From the NCBI GenBank assembly GCA_965267405.1, contig OZ253954.1, positions 1,593,070 to 1,657,069 of the forward strand: 64,000 nucleotides of DNA, in the 5' to 3' direction. Origin of the DNA: Boseongicola sp. Its GTDB lineage: Bacteria > Pseudomonadota > Alphaproteobacteria > Rhodobacterales > Rhodobacteraceae. Positions 48,239 to 56,024 of this stretch are shown here, one piece after another. How positions within the stretch are numbered: position 1 is the first letter of the stretch; each line of letters starts with the position of its first letter. Below the pieces are notes generated by a model that did no database searches, was not told the origin of the DNA, and was given only the letters and a program-made list of their open reading frames with translations. The position numbers and the translations under genes were made by a program.

Positions 48239-49779
48239 GTCCTGCTGGATGGACTGGGATTGCCGCCGCGGCCGCAATCCCAGTCCTCATTCTGGCGACC
48301 GTGCTTGCCTTGGTGTCACAAGCTGAAGGCGGACGCGGTCTTTCTGCGGCGGATTGGGCTGCCATCCGCTTCACGCTTTGGCAGGCGGCTGCCTCTTCGC
48401 TCATAAGCATACTCTTGGCGATCCCATTGGCCCGCGCTTTGGCCCGCCGACAATTCGTGGGCCGGGGTCTCATGGTCACATTGCTCGGGGCACCATTTCT
48501 GCTGCCGGTCATCGTTGCCATCTTTGGATTAATCGCCGTTTTTGGGCGCAACGGCATCCTGAACACCGCCTTGGAAGCGTTTGGTCTACCGCAAGTCAGC
48601 ATCTATGGCGCACACGGTGTGATTTTGGCGCATGTCTTTTTCAACCTGCCACTTGCCGCCAGATTGATACTACAGGGCTGGTCAAGCATCCCGTCCGAGC
48701 GCTTTCGATTGGCGGCCAGTCTGGGCATGTCTCCAGGTGCCGTTCAACGCCATCTTGAATGGCCGATGCTGCAACGCGTGGTTCCCGGCGCGTTCCTGGT
48801 CATCTTCGTGATTTGTACAACGTCGTTTGCCGTTGCCCTCACACTAGGTGGCGGGCCCCGGGCCACGACGGTCGAGCTTGCGATCTATCAAGCCCTGCGG
48901 TTCGAGTTTGATCTAACTCGTGCAGCGGTACTTTCGATGATCCAGCTTGCGATCACCGGCTCCGTGGCGCTTGTGGCATTGCGGCACCTCGCGCGGCCAG
49001 GCTTCGGCGCGGGTCTAAATCGCCCAATACAGCGTTGGGACGCAGACGGATCAACCCTGATCGGAATCGACACACTCGCGATTGCCTCAGCCGCGCTTTT
49101 CCTCCTGACACCGATCCTGATGGTTGTTTTGAACGGCGCGTTGGGTCTTTTCACCTTGCCCGAACCTGTTTGGCGTGCGGCAGGACGATCGATTGCCGTT
49201 GCGTTTGCTTCGACCTGCCTTGTCGTTGCTTCGGCGTTGGTTATGGCCGAAGCCAGTACGCGATTGCGTGGCAACTGGTCGATCGGGATCGAGGCCTCAG
49301 CGCTTCTCGCCATTGCGGCCTCACCTTTGGTTGTAGGCACGGGGCTGTTCATCCTGATCTTTCCCTTCGCAAGTCCCGGCGATCTTGCGTTGCCGGTCAC
49401 CGTTTTGGTCAATGCCTTCGTCACACTTCCGTTTGCGCTTAGGGCATTGTTGCCGGCTCGAAAGTCTACAGAGGAAGACTTTGGGCGCCTTGCAGCCATG
49501 CTGAATCTGACCGGTTTGGCCAAGTTTCGGGTCATGGTACTGCCGCGCCTTCGCGCGCCTCTTGGCTTTGCGGCGGGCCTCGCCGCCGCTCTGTCCATGG
49601 GCGATCTCGGCGTCATTGCGCTTTTCGCTGATCCGAATGGCGGTACATTGCCATTGCAAATCTTCCGCCTGATGGGGGCGTATCGAATGGATGACGCCGC
49701 GGCTGCATCAGTTCTTTTGTTAATACTGAGTTTTGCGGCATTTGCCGTTTTCGACCGTTGGGGGCAACGCGGTGCTTAG
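48214..49779 (+). CDS. thiP: thiamine ABC transporter permease (duplicated MalFG-type)
   Basis: 521 aa with about 12 TM helices in two permease repeats. The start overlaps thiB by 25 nt, so the start is uncertain. Confidence 0.88.
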   Translation: MADRTQPIGPAGWTGIAAAAAIPVLILATVLALVSQAEGGRGLSAADWAAIRFTLWQAAASSLISILLAIPLARALARRQFVGRGLMVTLLGAPFLLPVIVAIFGLIAVFGRNGILNTALEAFGLPQVSIYGAHGVILAHVFFNLPLAARLILQGWSSIPSERFRLAASLGMSPGAVQRHLEWPMLQRVVPGAFLVIFVICTTSFAVALTLGGGPRATTVELAIYQALRFEFDLTRAAVLSMIQLAITGSVALVALRHLARPGFGAGLNRPIQRWDADGSTLIGIDTLAIASAALFLLTPILMVVLNGALGLFTLPEPVWRAAGRSIAVAFASTCLVVASALVMAEASTRLRGNWSIGIEASALLAIAASPLVVGTGLFILIFPFASPGDLALPVTVLVNAFVTLPFALRALLPARKSTEEDFGRLAAMLNLTGLAKFRVMVLPRLRAPLGFAAGLAAALSMGDLGVIALFADPNGGTLPLQIFRLMGAYRMDDAAAASVLLLILSFAAFAVFDRWGQRGA

Positions 49780-50458
49780 TCTTGAGCAAATCAAATTCTT
49801 GCGGGGTGAATTTTCCCTGACCGCGAATTGGTCGATCGAGGCGGGTGCACGCGTCGCTGTGGTTGGTCCGTCAGGTGGCGGCAAATCCACCTTGTTGTCC
49901 TTGATTTCTGGTTTCGACGTTCCGGCCAGTGGCGCTGTGAAATGGAAGGACAAAAATCTGGGCGGTGTGCTCCCCGGCGAACGACCCATCGCCATGATCT
50001 TTCAGGACAACAACCTATTCCCGCACCTTGATATCGAAACCAACGTTGCCTTGGGGCGCGATCCGGCCGCGCGTCCGTCTGCAGGCGCTCGTGATGAAGC
50101 GCGAACGGCGCTGGCCAGCGTCGGTTTGGAAGGGATGGGCACGCGTTACCCGTCTGAATTGTCGGGGGGACAACAAGGACGAGCCGCTCTGGCGCGTGTG
50201 CTACTGACTCACAAACCGTTGGTCCTTTTGGACGAGCCCTTTGCTGCGCTAGGACCGGCGCTGCGGGTTGAGATGCTCGATCTGGTGAACACAATCCTAC
50301 CCGATGCAACGATCATCATGGTCTCGCATGATCCAAACGATGCAAAGCACTGGGCAACTCACGTGGTGTTCGTTGACGATGGTATCGCGTCGCCACCGTT
50401 GCCGACCGCCGAGTTCTTTCAAAACCCAAGTCCCGCGGTTCAGAACTATCTGGCCTAG
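49772..50458 (+). CDS. thiQ: thiamine ABC transporter ATP-binding protein
   Basis: Walker A GPSGGGKST, signature LSGGQQGR and Walker B LLLDEPF-like (VLLDEPF). The GTG start overlaps the thiP stop codon. Confidence 0.9.
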   Translation: MLSLEQIKFLRGEFSLTANWSIEAGARVAVVGPSGGGKSTLLSLISGFDVPASGAVKWKDKNLGGVLPGERPIAMIFQDNNLFPHLDIETNVALGRDPAARPSAGARDEARTALASVGLEGMGTRYPSELSGGQQGRAALARVLLTHKPLVLLDEPFAALGPALRVEMLDLVNTILPDATIIMVSHDPNDAKHWATHVVFVDDGIASPPLPTAEFFQNPSPAVQNYLA

Positions 50459-50874
50459 CCCTGATCAGTCGGCTTCTGTCGCAACGCCTTAACAGCTCCA
50501 CGTTGCTTCTTGGCATCCAATCGCTTGCGCTTCTGATTCAGTGAGACCCGGGTCTTCAATCGCTTCTTCGGGGTCTCGGTCGCGCGTTTGATAAGGGCTG
50601 CCAATCGCTCACGCGCGATTTCTCTGTTGCGAGCCTGGCTGCGGTGTTCGTCGACTTGAATGACCACTGCGCCGTCCTTGGTCCACCGCCGTCCGGCGAG
50701 CTTTTGCAGGCGACGTTTCACCGGATCAGGCAGGTTGGGTGATCTGGATGCCTCGAACCGAAGCTCGACCGCTGAATTCACCTTATTCACGTTCTGCCCG
50801 CCGGGTCCCGATGAGCGCATGAAATGTTCGGTCAGTTCCCAGTCTTCAATTTCGATGTTCGGCGTGACGCGCAT
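50455..50874 (-). CDS. arfB: alternative ribosome-rescue factor ArfB (peptidyl-tRNA hydrolase, RF-1 domain)
   Basis: 139 aa from MRVTPNIEI. It has the GGQ motif SSGPGGQNVNKV, then HRSQ..NRE.A..RL, and a Lys/Arg-rich C-terminal tail, collinear with E. coli YaeJ/ArfB. No SD is visible upstream of the ATG. Confidence 0.85.
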   Translation of the reverse strand: MRVTPNIEIEDWELTEHFMRSSGPGGQNVNKVNSAVELRFEASRSPNLPDPVKRRLQKLAGRRWTKDGAVVIQVDEHRSQARNREIARERLAALIKRATETPKKRLKTRVSLNQKRKRLDAKKQRGAVKALRQKPTDQG

Positions 50875-50885
50875 GGATTTTCTAT

Positions 50886-50912
50886 AAAAGAAGGGCCGCT
50901 GATAAGCGACCC
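50886..50912 (-). terminator. terminator-like hairpin 11 nt upstream of the arfB start
   Basis: The reverse strand reads GGGTCGCT-TATC-AGCGGCCC followed by TTCTTTT. The stem sequence is the same as in the HU terminator at 39755. Confidence 0.5.
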
Positions 50913-51137
50913 TTCCGAGGTTCTTGGAGATGGGCCTGTTAGAGGTTGGCGGATGTAGCCAACGGCCCAATCAGGAATGTTTTGTCTTCGGGTCTGCCCT
51001 TAGACGACGGCCTCCCTGACTGTCCGGACACCTCTCTCCAATATCGCTCTAGACACTGGACCACCTCCTTTCGTTTGTTGCCGATGCTTAGGAGGTTGGC
51101 ACAGATTTAGTGTCTGTCAACGAAAATCACGCTAGGT

Positions 51138-51767
51138 TTACGCCAATCGCTGAACAATGAGTCGAAATGGCACAAGGGCGATTAAAGCAATGGCAAGTTT
51201 CACGCCCCAGTCAGCAACAGCAAGTGTCACCCAAAGCGGTGCATCAGACCCAACCAGAAGAAATGGCGCCATATCCCATGCCCATGAAATCTCAGCGTCC
51301 GCTGCTTCGCCGAAAACCTTGATGCTCTCTGAAAAAGCGATCGTGAAAAACAGAGCTGTGTCCAAGGCCGAGCCGATGATGGTCGAAACCAATGGTGCAA
51401 CCCACCATACTCCTGCCCGAAGTTTGTCGAAGACGAATACATCAACAAGCTGCGCAATCAGGAATGCGGTTGCGGATCCAACTGCCACGCGTAGTGCGAC
51501 GGCGGCATAGGTGAAGCCATCTCCCTGCAGCATGATCTGCGTTCCGATCAGTGAGCAAATGATGCCGGTGACAAAGCCTGCAAAGATCACTTTGCGCGCA
51601 GGTCCCGGGCCATAAACCCGGTTCATGATGTCTGTGACCAAAAACGCAAACGGATAGGTGAATGCGCCCCATGTCAAAAGCCCGTCCAGCAAAAGGTACT
51701 GGACCAGTATGTTCGAGGCCACAACAATGGCGGCCATGGCAATAACGCCAGGAAGAATGCGTGTCAT
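51138..51767 (-). CDS. yhhQ: queuosine-precursor transporter (YhhQ/DUF165, VUT family)
   Basis: ASNILV........L.TWGAFTYPF.FL.TD..N..YG...AR.VI..GF and ALD...F....F are YhhQ pattern blocks. Six TM helices. Confidence 0.85.
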   Translation of the reverse strand: MTRILPGVIAMAAIVVASNILVQYLLLDGLLTWGAFTYPFAFLVTDIMNRVYGPGPARKVIFAGFVTGIICSLIGTQIMLQGDGFTYAAVALRVAVGSATAFLIAQLVDVFVFDKLRAGVWWVAPLVSTIIGSALDTALFFTIAFSESIKVFGEAADAEISWAWDMAPFLLVGSDAPLWVTLAVADWGVKLAIALIALVPFRLIVQRLA

Positions 51768-51810
51768 CAGTTACGTCCGTTTTTTTCCAAGGTGTTCGGC
51801 GACTTGGCCC
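51768..51810 (-). promoter_or_regulatory. candidate preQ1-I riboswitch
   Basis: The reverse strand reads CCAAG-UCGCCGAACAC-CUUGG-AAAAAAACGGACG and ends 6 nt before the yhhQ AUG. It has a 5-bp P1, a UCGC...AAC(A)C loop like the T. tengcongensis and B. subtilis aptamers, a C just 5' of the P1 3' arm, an A-rich tail, and a tail CGG able to pair with loop CCG (P2). Confidence 0.5.
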
Positions 51811-51846
51811 CGTTTGAGGGGATGGCGGCGTCTAGCCGTAATGCGG

Positions 51847-52707
51847 TTACTCAGTCAAGCGAAACTCGACGAATTCGGTGGGCTCTCCGGTGCTACGATT
51901 GTTGTCTGACACAAGCGTCAATCGAAGTCCCTGATCATCATACCAAACCGAAATGCCCTCGAGATTTGTGAACTGGTCGCGTTCACTGGTCCAAAGCGCG
52001 ACGTCTTCGGTACCATCCAAGTTGACCCGGCGAATGCGCGACCGCCACCAGGTACCAAGCTGCAGCTTTCGTTCCAGCAAGTACAGTTTGTCTCCCCGGT
52101 CAAAGTCCGCACCTACGATCGAAAATCCGTCGGCTTCTGGAAGATAGCCAGACACACTCCACGCCCCATTTTTCAACTGAAATATAGGAAACCCACTCTC
52201 AAGTGGGCGCTCGGGGAAGGTCACAATCGTCCCCTGGCTATCTATGGCAATGGCCTCAAGTTGGCGGTTCGACGCCAACTCGAAGAAAGTCGGGTGATCC
52301 TTTATCCGTTTGGCTGGGCTATTGGGGCCATCAAAAGTTGCAACACGGGCCCAACGCTCAAACGACACGTATTCGGTCCCGTCAGAAGCAATAGCTAACC
52401 CTTCTGCGTCCGACCAATCGCCAACACGACGGGCGGCCACAGGAAGGGTGTCTTTAGAACGAATTGGGTCTATCGCCGTGACTGCGACGCCAAATATCGC
52501 GTCTCCATCTCGTGCGATTTCTCCTTCCAGTCTCCAGCCAAGGTCGGTGACAGCGATGAAGCGTTTTCCGTCGTCCGTAACCTCAAGTCCAGAAACCCCG
52601 TTAATCGCGGGAAATTGCCAGGCAAAGCGGCTTAGCTCGGTAAGTGTGTCAGCGCCAGCAGTGGTGGCAGCAGTGCAGATGCCTAGCGCGACAAGACTTG
52701 CGCGCAC
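51847..52707 (-). CDS. secreted esterase-like-activity-of-phytase (phytase-like) family protein
   Basis: SGLEV...G..F.AV.D.G, D.EG.A...DG...VSFE, LE..A.D and NLEGISV are beta-propeller-like repeats as I recall for PF13449. The start is placed at GTG 52705..52707, giving signal peptide (M)RASLVALGICTAATTAGA. An upstream ATG at 52803 is possible. Confidence 0.55.
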   Translation of the reverse strand: MRASLVALGICTAATTAGADTLTELSRFAWQFPAINGVSGLEVTDDGKRFIAVTDLGWRLEGEIARDGDAIFGVAVTAIDPIRSKDTLPVAARRVGDWSDAEGLAIASDGTEYVSFERWARVATFDGPNSPAKRIKDHPTFFELASNRQLEAIAIDSQGTIVTFPERPLESGFPIFQLKNGAWSVSGYLPEADGFSIVGADFDRGDKLYLLERKLQLGTWWRSRIRRVNLDGTEDVALWTSERDQFTNLEGISVWYDDQGLRLTLVSDNNRSTGEPTEFVEFRLTE

Positions 52708-53546
52708 TGCGAAGGTAAATCGGCCATGACGTACTCGCGTCTTGGTTTCGGCGCTGGTGCATTCGGATCGGGCGGCGGGGGATTCAGGATATTCTCCACC
52801 CATTCTTCCGCTCCGGCACAGCCATCCCCAGCGGGTGGAGGTGCCTGATCCACACAATTTTTCGCTCCCCGCGGACAGGCCAAACGAACGTGGAAATGAT
52901 AATGGTGCCCCCACCAAGGTCTGATTTTTCGAAGCCACGACCGGTCGCCCTTTTCATCCTTGCACATCTGAACTTTGGCGCCGGGAAACACAAAGATCCG
53001 AGCAACTGACTTGTCTTTCGCTGCAGCTTTCAACAGCTCATGATGCGCGCGCGTCCAATTGTCGTTGACATAGGCACCCTTCGCCCGTCGTGTCGAGATC
53101 GACGACAGGTTTTCTCGTTCCGTCCGCGTCAGGTTCAGCCGCTTCGGTGGCAACATCCAAATATCGACATCCAAGCCAATCTGATGCGATCGATGCCCTG
53201 TCAGCATTGGCCCGCCCCTTGGTTGAGATATGTCGCCAATGTACAGGCCTTCCCAGCCCGGCAACTTGGCCGCGAACTTGGAAAGTCGTTGGATATACTT
53301 GATCGTCTCTGGATGGCCCCAATTACGATTTCGGCTCAGGCGCATGGCCTGCCAGGTTGGTCCTGTTTCCGCCAGTTGAACGCCGCCTGCCAGGCATCCC
53401 TTGGCATAGCCGCCATGAGGCGCAACGCGCAGGCTGGACGCTTTCGATTTTGCGCCAAACAACTCTTTCGCCAATGGCTCTGCAGTCGCGACCGAAGCGC
53501 CTAGCGCAAATGCAATTAGGATAGTTGCGGTGCGTCGGAGTCCCAT
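52683..53546 (-). CDS. mepA: penicillin-insensitive murein endopeptidase (peptidase M74)
   Basis: Signal peptide, G.CLAGG..L...G..WQ.MR.SRNR.WGHP, GD.SQPRGGP...GH.SHQ.GLD.DIW and WWGH..HFHVRL.CP are MepA hallmarks. Confidence 0.9.
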   Translation of the reverse strand: MGLRRTATILIAFALGASVATAEPLAKELFGAKSKASSLRVAPHGGYAKGCLAGGVQLAETGPTWQAMRLSRNRNWGHPETIKYIQRLSKFAAKLPGWEGLYIGDISQPRGGPMLTGHRSHQIGLDVDIWMLPPKRLNLTRTERENLSSISTRRAKGAYVNDNWTRAHHELLKAAAKDKSVARIFVFPGAKVQMCKDEKGDRSWLRKIRPWWGHHYHFHVRLACPRGAKNCVDQAPPPAGDGCAGAEEWVENILNPPPPDPNAPAPKPRREYVMADLPSQCAQVLSR

Positions 53547-54913
53547 GTTTCTGCCCGATCTCCCTCTGCCTCAACCCAGCGTAGCAGAATAAGCCCAAGG
53601 AGGAAGAGTAAGATCAGTGGGGCAACGCCATACCGCGCATTTCCGCTGGCAATCGATACGAACCCAATCAATGCGGGCGCGAGGAAAGCAGTGGCGCGAC
53701 CGGAAAACCCGTATAGTCCGAAGCTGCTGGTTTCCGATCCGGGATCCGAATGGCGTACCATCAACGTACGGCTGGCTGCCTGAAGCACACCTCCAAGTCC
53801 GCCAATCAAACAGCCACACAAGTAGAAGATCATATCCGGTGCCGTCGAGCCTTCGGCAAATGGAATGCCGTATATGCTTTCCCGGGTCATGCCCACGATC
53901 GTTGCACAAACGAACATCAGACCGATGATGCAGCCGATGATAACCGGCTTCGGGCCCGACCGACGATCAACGCGGCCACCGATTTGGCTGAACAAGGCTG
54001 CCGCCAAAGCGCTAACGATCCCGAAGACGCCAACTTGGGTGACCTCCCAGTCCAAAACCAAAAGGGCGTAGGTACCGCCAAAGCCGTAAAGGCCGTTCAA
54101 CGCGTCGCGGTACAGCATCGACCCACCCAGAAAGCTTGCAAGCGAACGGCGGTCTTTCAGGGCGGCAATTGATCCACCAAGCGTGCGCAGAGCGTCGGCA
54201 ACGGATGTCTTTGCGCTCGGCTGACGCACCTCACGTACCCAAAGGAAATAGGGGATCATGAAGATCAAAAACCAGATCGCAACAAACGGGCCCGCGGCCC
54301 GGGTGCCTTCGCGTGCGTCGGGGTCAAGCCCAAAGGCCGGTGGGAAACCGGCAATCGTCAAGCCGTTCGCCTGCTCGATCACGAAGACCAGCAACAGCAG
54401 CAAGGCAACCAAGCCTCCGAAGTAACCAAACGCGAAACCCGAACCCGAGATACGACCGATTTCGTCACGGTCACCGAGGCTTGGAAGCTGCGCATTTGTG
54501 AAAACCAGCGCGAATTCAGCGCCGATAAAGCCGATCCCGAAGAACACCAAGGCCCAGATCAGGTTCGAACCGTCCGGTTGTACGTTCCACAACAGAAACG
54601 CCCCCACGACCACCAATACTGAGAAAAAGGTGATCCATGGCATGCGATTTCCACTTGTATCGGCGACCGCCCCCATGATCGGGGCCGAAAATGCCACGAT
54701 CAAGCCGGTCGCTGTCAGACACCATGACCAATAGGACTGTGCCCAGGCCTTGGCCGTGGTCTCGTCCATTCCCGTTCCGATGAAATACTCCGCAGCGACC
54801 GAGGCGAAAAACGGCCCGAAGATAAATGTCAGTAATACGGTGTAATATGGTTGGCTGGCCCAATCGAAAAAATACCAACCCCAGACCCGCTTGCGTAAGC
54901 TTGGCTCGGACAT
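53516..54913 (-). CDS. MFS transporter (UMF1/Atg22-like)
   Basis: WGWYFFDWASQPYYTV N-terminus and 12 TM helices. The 3' end overlaps the mepA start by 31 nt. Confidence 0.78.
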   Translation of the reverse strand: MSEPSLRKRVWGWYFFDWASQPYYTVLLTFIFGPFFASVAAEYFIGTGMDETTAKAWAQSYWSWCLTATGLIVAFSAPIMGAVADTSGNRMPWITFFSVLVVVGAFLLWNVQPDGSNLIWALVFFGIGFIGAEFALVFTNAQLPSLGDRDEIGRISGSGFAFGYFGGLVALLLLLVFVIEQANGLTIAGFPPAFGLDPDAREGTRAAGPFVAIWFLIFMIPYFLWVREVRQPSAKTSVADALRTLGGSIAALKDRRSLASFLGGSMLYRDALNGLYGFGGTYALLVLDWEVTQVGVFGIVSALAAALFSQIGGRVDRRSGPKPVIIGCIIGLMFVCATIVGMTRESIYGIPFAEGSTAPDMIFYLCGCLIGGLGGVLQAASRTLMVRHSDPGSETSSFGLYGFSGRATAFLAPALIGFVSIASGNARYGVAPLILLFLLGLILLRWVEAEGDRAETWDSDAPQLS

Positions 54914-54969
54914 AGTGCGTTCCTCATTCCCTTGCGCCACTAAGACCGGTTCTGGATCATCGTGCAAGC

Positions 54970-55518
54970 TTAGTTGTCATAGATCGGCCCTTCGACTGGT
55001 GGCCAAGGCCGCGTGTCATCAGCTTTCATCCACGCATGAACCCATTCGGGCATTCCGGGTTGCTCTGTCGGCAGTCCCATGCGTTCGAGAAACTCGCCCG
55101 GAGGAACCGTGCCGGATTTGCTGCGAATAGCCGCGCGCAAAAGCATCTGGTTGCAGCAGGTGTCGCCCTGCCACATCGATTGAACAACGTAGAAGAAACG
55201 TTCTCCGTAGCCGATGACCTGGGTTTGCATCCTGTATTTTCGAAAAACCGGCACGCGTCGCCGGTACCGTACAGAGACACCCGCAACAGCAAGCGTCAGG
55301 CCACCTTTTAGGAATGGCCGGATCAGCCCCATGCGAACAGTCGATTGCCAACGACCCAGTTCAAAAAGCGTCAGAATGCGCCCGTTGTTCAGTTCGCCGA
55401 ACATGTCGGTGTCCCATGGCCATGCGCGGTGGTACGAAACATGGGTGTCGTACAACCCAACCTCGGGCATCCGCCGGGCCTTCACCATCACATAAGTTGC
55501 ACGCAAATAGGGGTACAT
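54970..55518 (-). CDS. hotdog-fold acyl-CoA thioesterase-like protein
   Basis: The ORF is trimmed to MYPYLRATYV. D.D..GELNNGR......ELGRW.......G pattern resembles thioesterase-like superfamily members. Moderate recollection only. Confidence 0.5.
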   Translation of the reverse strand: MYPYLRATYVMVKARRMPEVGLYDTHVSYHRAWPWDTDMFGELNNGRILTLFELGRWQSTVRMGLIRPFLKGGLTLAVAGVSVRYRRRVPVFRKYRMQTQVIGYGERFFYVVQSMWQGDTCCNQMLLRAAIRSKSGTVPPGEFLERMGLPTEQPGMPEWVHAWMKADDTRPWPPVEGPIYDN

Positions 55519-55644
55519 TGGCTGCTCCTTTCCGGCGTCATCTGCCAAACAAAACACGCGGTCAATTGGAACGTCGCGGAACACAGCCCTTGCCAGATCG
55601 TCCTTCCAACCTTAGGTGGGACGGACGAAGGAAAAGGTGCTGAT

Positions 55645-55932
55645 ATGCAATCACTTCTGCAAATTCTGTTGCTTCTCTTGGACGTCGCTTGGTTCATCAT
55701 GATCGTCCACATCGTCATGAGCTGGTTGATCAGCTTTCAGGTGCTGAACCTGTACCAGCCCTTCGTGCGATCCATCTGGGATGGCTTAAACCGCCTGCTT
55801 GAGCCGATTTATGGCCCGATCCGCCGTTTTCTTCCCAACACCGGTGGCCTTGATCTTGCGCCACTCGTTGCGCTGATTGCGGTCTATGCATTGCGCATAA
55901 TTTTGATCAACAACGCAGGCGTTTTCATTTAA
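55645..55932 (+). CDS. yggT: YggT-family membrane protein
   Basis: 95 aa. I...I..SW.......N..QP....I......L..P.R...P..GG.DL.P......L is the YggT pattern. The real start, ATG 55645, lies inside the longer ORF 55345..55932. Confidence 0.8.
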   Translation: MQSLLQILLLLLDVAWFIMIVHIVMSWLISFQVLNLYQPFVRSIWDGLNRLLEPIYGPIRRFLPNTGGLDLAPLVALIAVYALRIILINNAGVFI

Positions 55933-56024
55933 TCGCCCCACATCGCTTGGAACGGCCTTGTTCACCTCCTGTTCGCATGTAAAAGTGTAGTCAATAAGAG
56001 CAGACAACACGAACGACAGGGCCG

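Noticed and set aside
50875-51137. Possibility that the structured yhhQ-arfB spacer is SRP (4.5S) RNA, two-piece tmRNA or 6S RNA
   Set aside because: The SRP helix-8 motif (GGUCCGGAAGGAAGCAGC) is absent; only GUCCGGA is present. There is no tRNA-like T-arm/CCA end and no alanine-rich tag frame (ANDN...AA) for tmRNA. It is not a single long rod with a central bubble as in 6S. It is kept as an unassigned element in the findings.
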